53,696 nt of DNA, from positions 1 to 53,696 of the forward strand of contig JAFABA010000121.1 in NCBI GenBank assembly GCA_023426265.1, in the 5' to 3' direction. Numbering within the stretch: the stretch's first letter is position 1; each line of letters opens with the position of its first letter. This document shows positions 53,377 to 53,696 of the stretch, one piece after another. This DNA is from Bacillota bacterium. Its GTDB lineage: Bacteria > Bacillota > Clostridia > Christensenellales > CAG-138. The notes beneath the pieces are model-generated. The model did no database searches. It was not told the origin of the DNA and worked only from the letters and a program-made list of their open reading frames with translations. The position numbers and the translations under genes are program-made.

Positions 53377-53400
53377 CAAACAGCAACGATATTATGTTCC

Positions 53401-53433
53401 AAGGCTCGTCCTTATGCGGGAGAGCCTTTTTTA
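53401..53433 (+). terminator. Rho-independent terminator after the dehydrogenase gene
   Basis: Stem AAGGCTC...GAGCCTT followed by TTTTTTAT. Confidence 0.6.
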
Positions 53434-53467
53434 TCTTCTAATTTTTTGAAAAATTTCTCAAAACACA

Positions 53468-53496
53468 TTGACATTCATCCCGAACGGTAATATAGT
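53468..53496 (+). promoter_or_regulatory. Sigma-A type promoter of the GntR-family gene with overlapping direct repeats
   Basis: TTGACA (53468-53473), a 17-nt spacer, then TATAGT (53491-53496). TAGTTAAT (53493-53500) and TAGTTAAC (53509-53516) repeats overlap or follow the -10. Confidence 0.55.
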
Positions 53497-53571
53497 TAAT
53501 TACACAAGTAGTTAACTAATGTTGTAATAGAATTCAGCGCAGCAAAGGAGCAATGATAGGGAAGTGAAACC

Positions 53572-53696
53572 ATGCAATTGAATTTTGACAGCGAAAAGCC
53601 CATTTACCTCCAGCTTGCCGAAGGGATTGAGGACGATATCCTAAAAGGCATATTCGGGGAGGAAACGCAGGTGCCGTCCACCACCGAAATTTCGGT
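53572..53696 (+). CDS. GntR family (YtrA-like) transcriptional regulator, 5' part (runs off window)
   Basis: MQLNFDSEKPIYLQLAEGIEDDILKGIFGEETQVPSTTEIS is a typical GntR winged-helix N-terminus. Confidence 0.8.
   Translation, partial: MQLNFDSEKPIYLQLAEGIEDDILKGIFGEETQVPSTTEIS

Noticed and set aside
1-53696. Search for mobile elements, prophage genes, defence systems, CRISPR arrays, and rRNA or tRNA genes.
   Set aside because: No transposase, integrase, Cas, restriction or toxin-like translations were recognised, no repeat-spacer arrays, and no cloverleaf-capable conserved tRNA sequence in the intergenic regions. The only compositional anomaly is the small methyltransferase islet reported above.

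Overview
This is a densely coding, high-GC (by eye mid/upper 50s %) chromosomal window that looks Firmicutes/Clostridia-like; the taxon is inferred from gene content and Bacillus-type synteny. I saw no rRNA, tRNA, CRISPR array, transposase or integrase.

Layout:
(i) 1-9.3 kb holds mixed accessory genes. These are two tandem Gfo/Idh/MocA oxidoreductases, a decayed SDR pseudogene, an AT-rich islet carrying one SAM methyltransferase, an orphan araD, a DUF998-like membrane protein, a CDF cation exporter, a BlaI/BlaR1-type pair and a GNAT.
(ii) 9.3-42 kb is a motility/chemotaxis super-locus. It contains a minus-strand cheC-cheD-cheY-cheA-HD-GYP operon. It then has fliK-like / stand-alone FlhB-C-domain / Cys-His hydrolase-like genes, followed by fliD-fliS-fliT-like-cheW-DUF327-cheW and cheR-cheB. 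A long operon follows: SLT-flgB-flgC-fliE-fliO-fliP-fliQ-fliR-flhB-flhA-flhF-flhG-fliA plus two unknown genes. The last unit is a B. subtilis-like yvyF-flgM-flgN-flgK-flgL-yviE-like-fliW-csrA unit preceded by two rod genes.
(iii) 42-46.5 kb holds two half-size TSUP (TauE/SafE) genes and an rnfC-rnfD-rnfE-rnfA cluster.
(iv) 46.8-53.7 kb holds a Met/Gly/Asn-rich repeat protein, a small divergent ORF, holA, comEC, a membrane protein, a sirtuin, a Zn-dehydrogenase and the start of a GntR regulator.

Items most worth follow-up:
- A Cys/His amidase-like protein without a Sec signal sits inside the fliK-like/FlhB-C operon and is a candidate flagellar-exported peptidoglycan hydrolase.
- The four-gene Rnf-like cluster lacks rnfG and rnfB, and its RnfA has lost both conserved cysteines.
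- fliE is fused directly to fliO, so the whole fliF..fliN block is absent from this window, and FliW-CsrA has no flagellin gene downstream.
- Two unknown genes follow fliA, one of them a membrane-anchored AT-hook/HTH protein.
- Two recurring sigma-28-like promoter motif classes are present.

All functional calls come from reading the translations; no database search was run.
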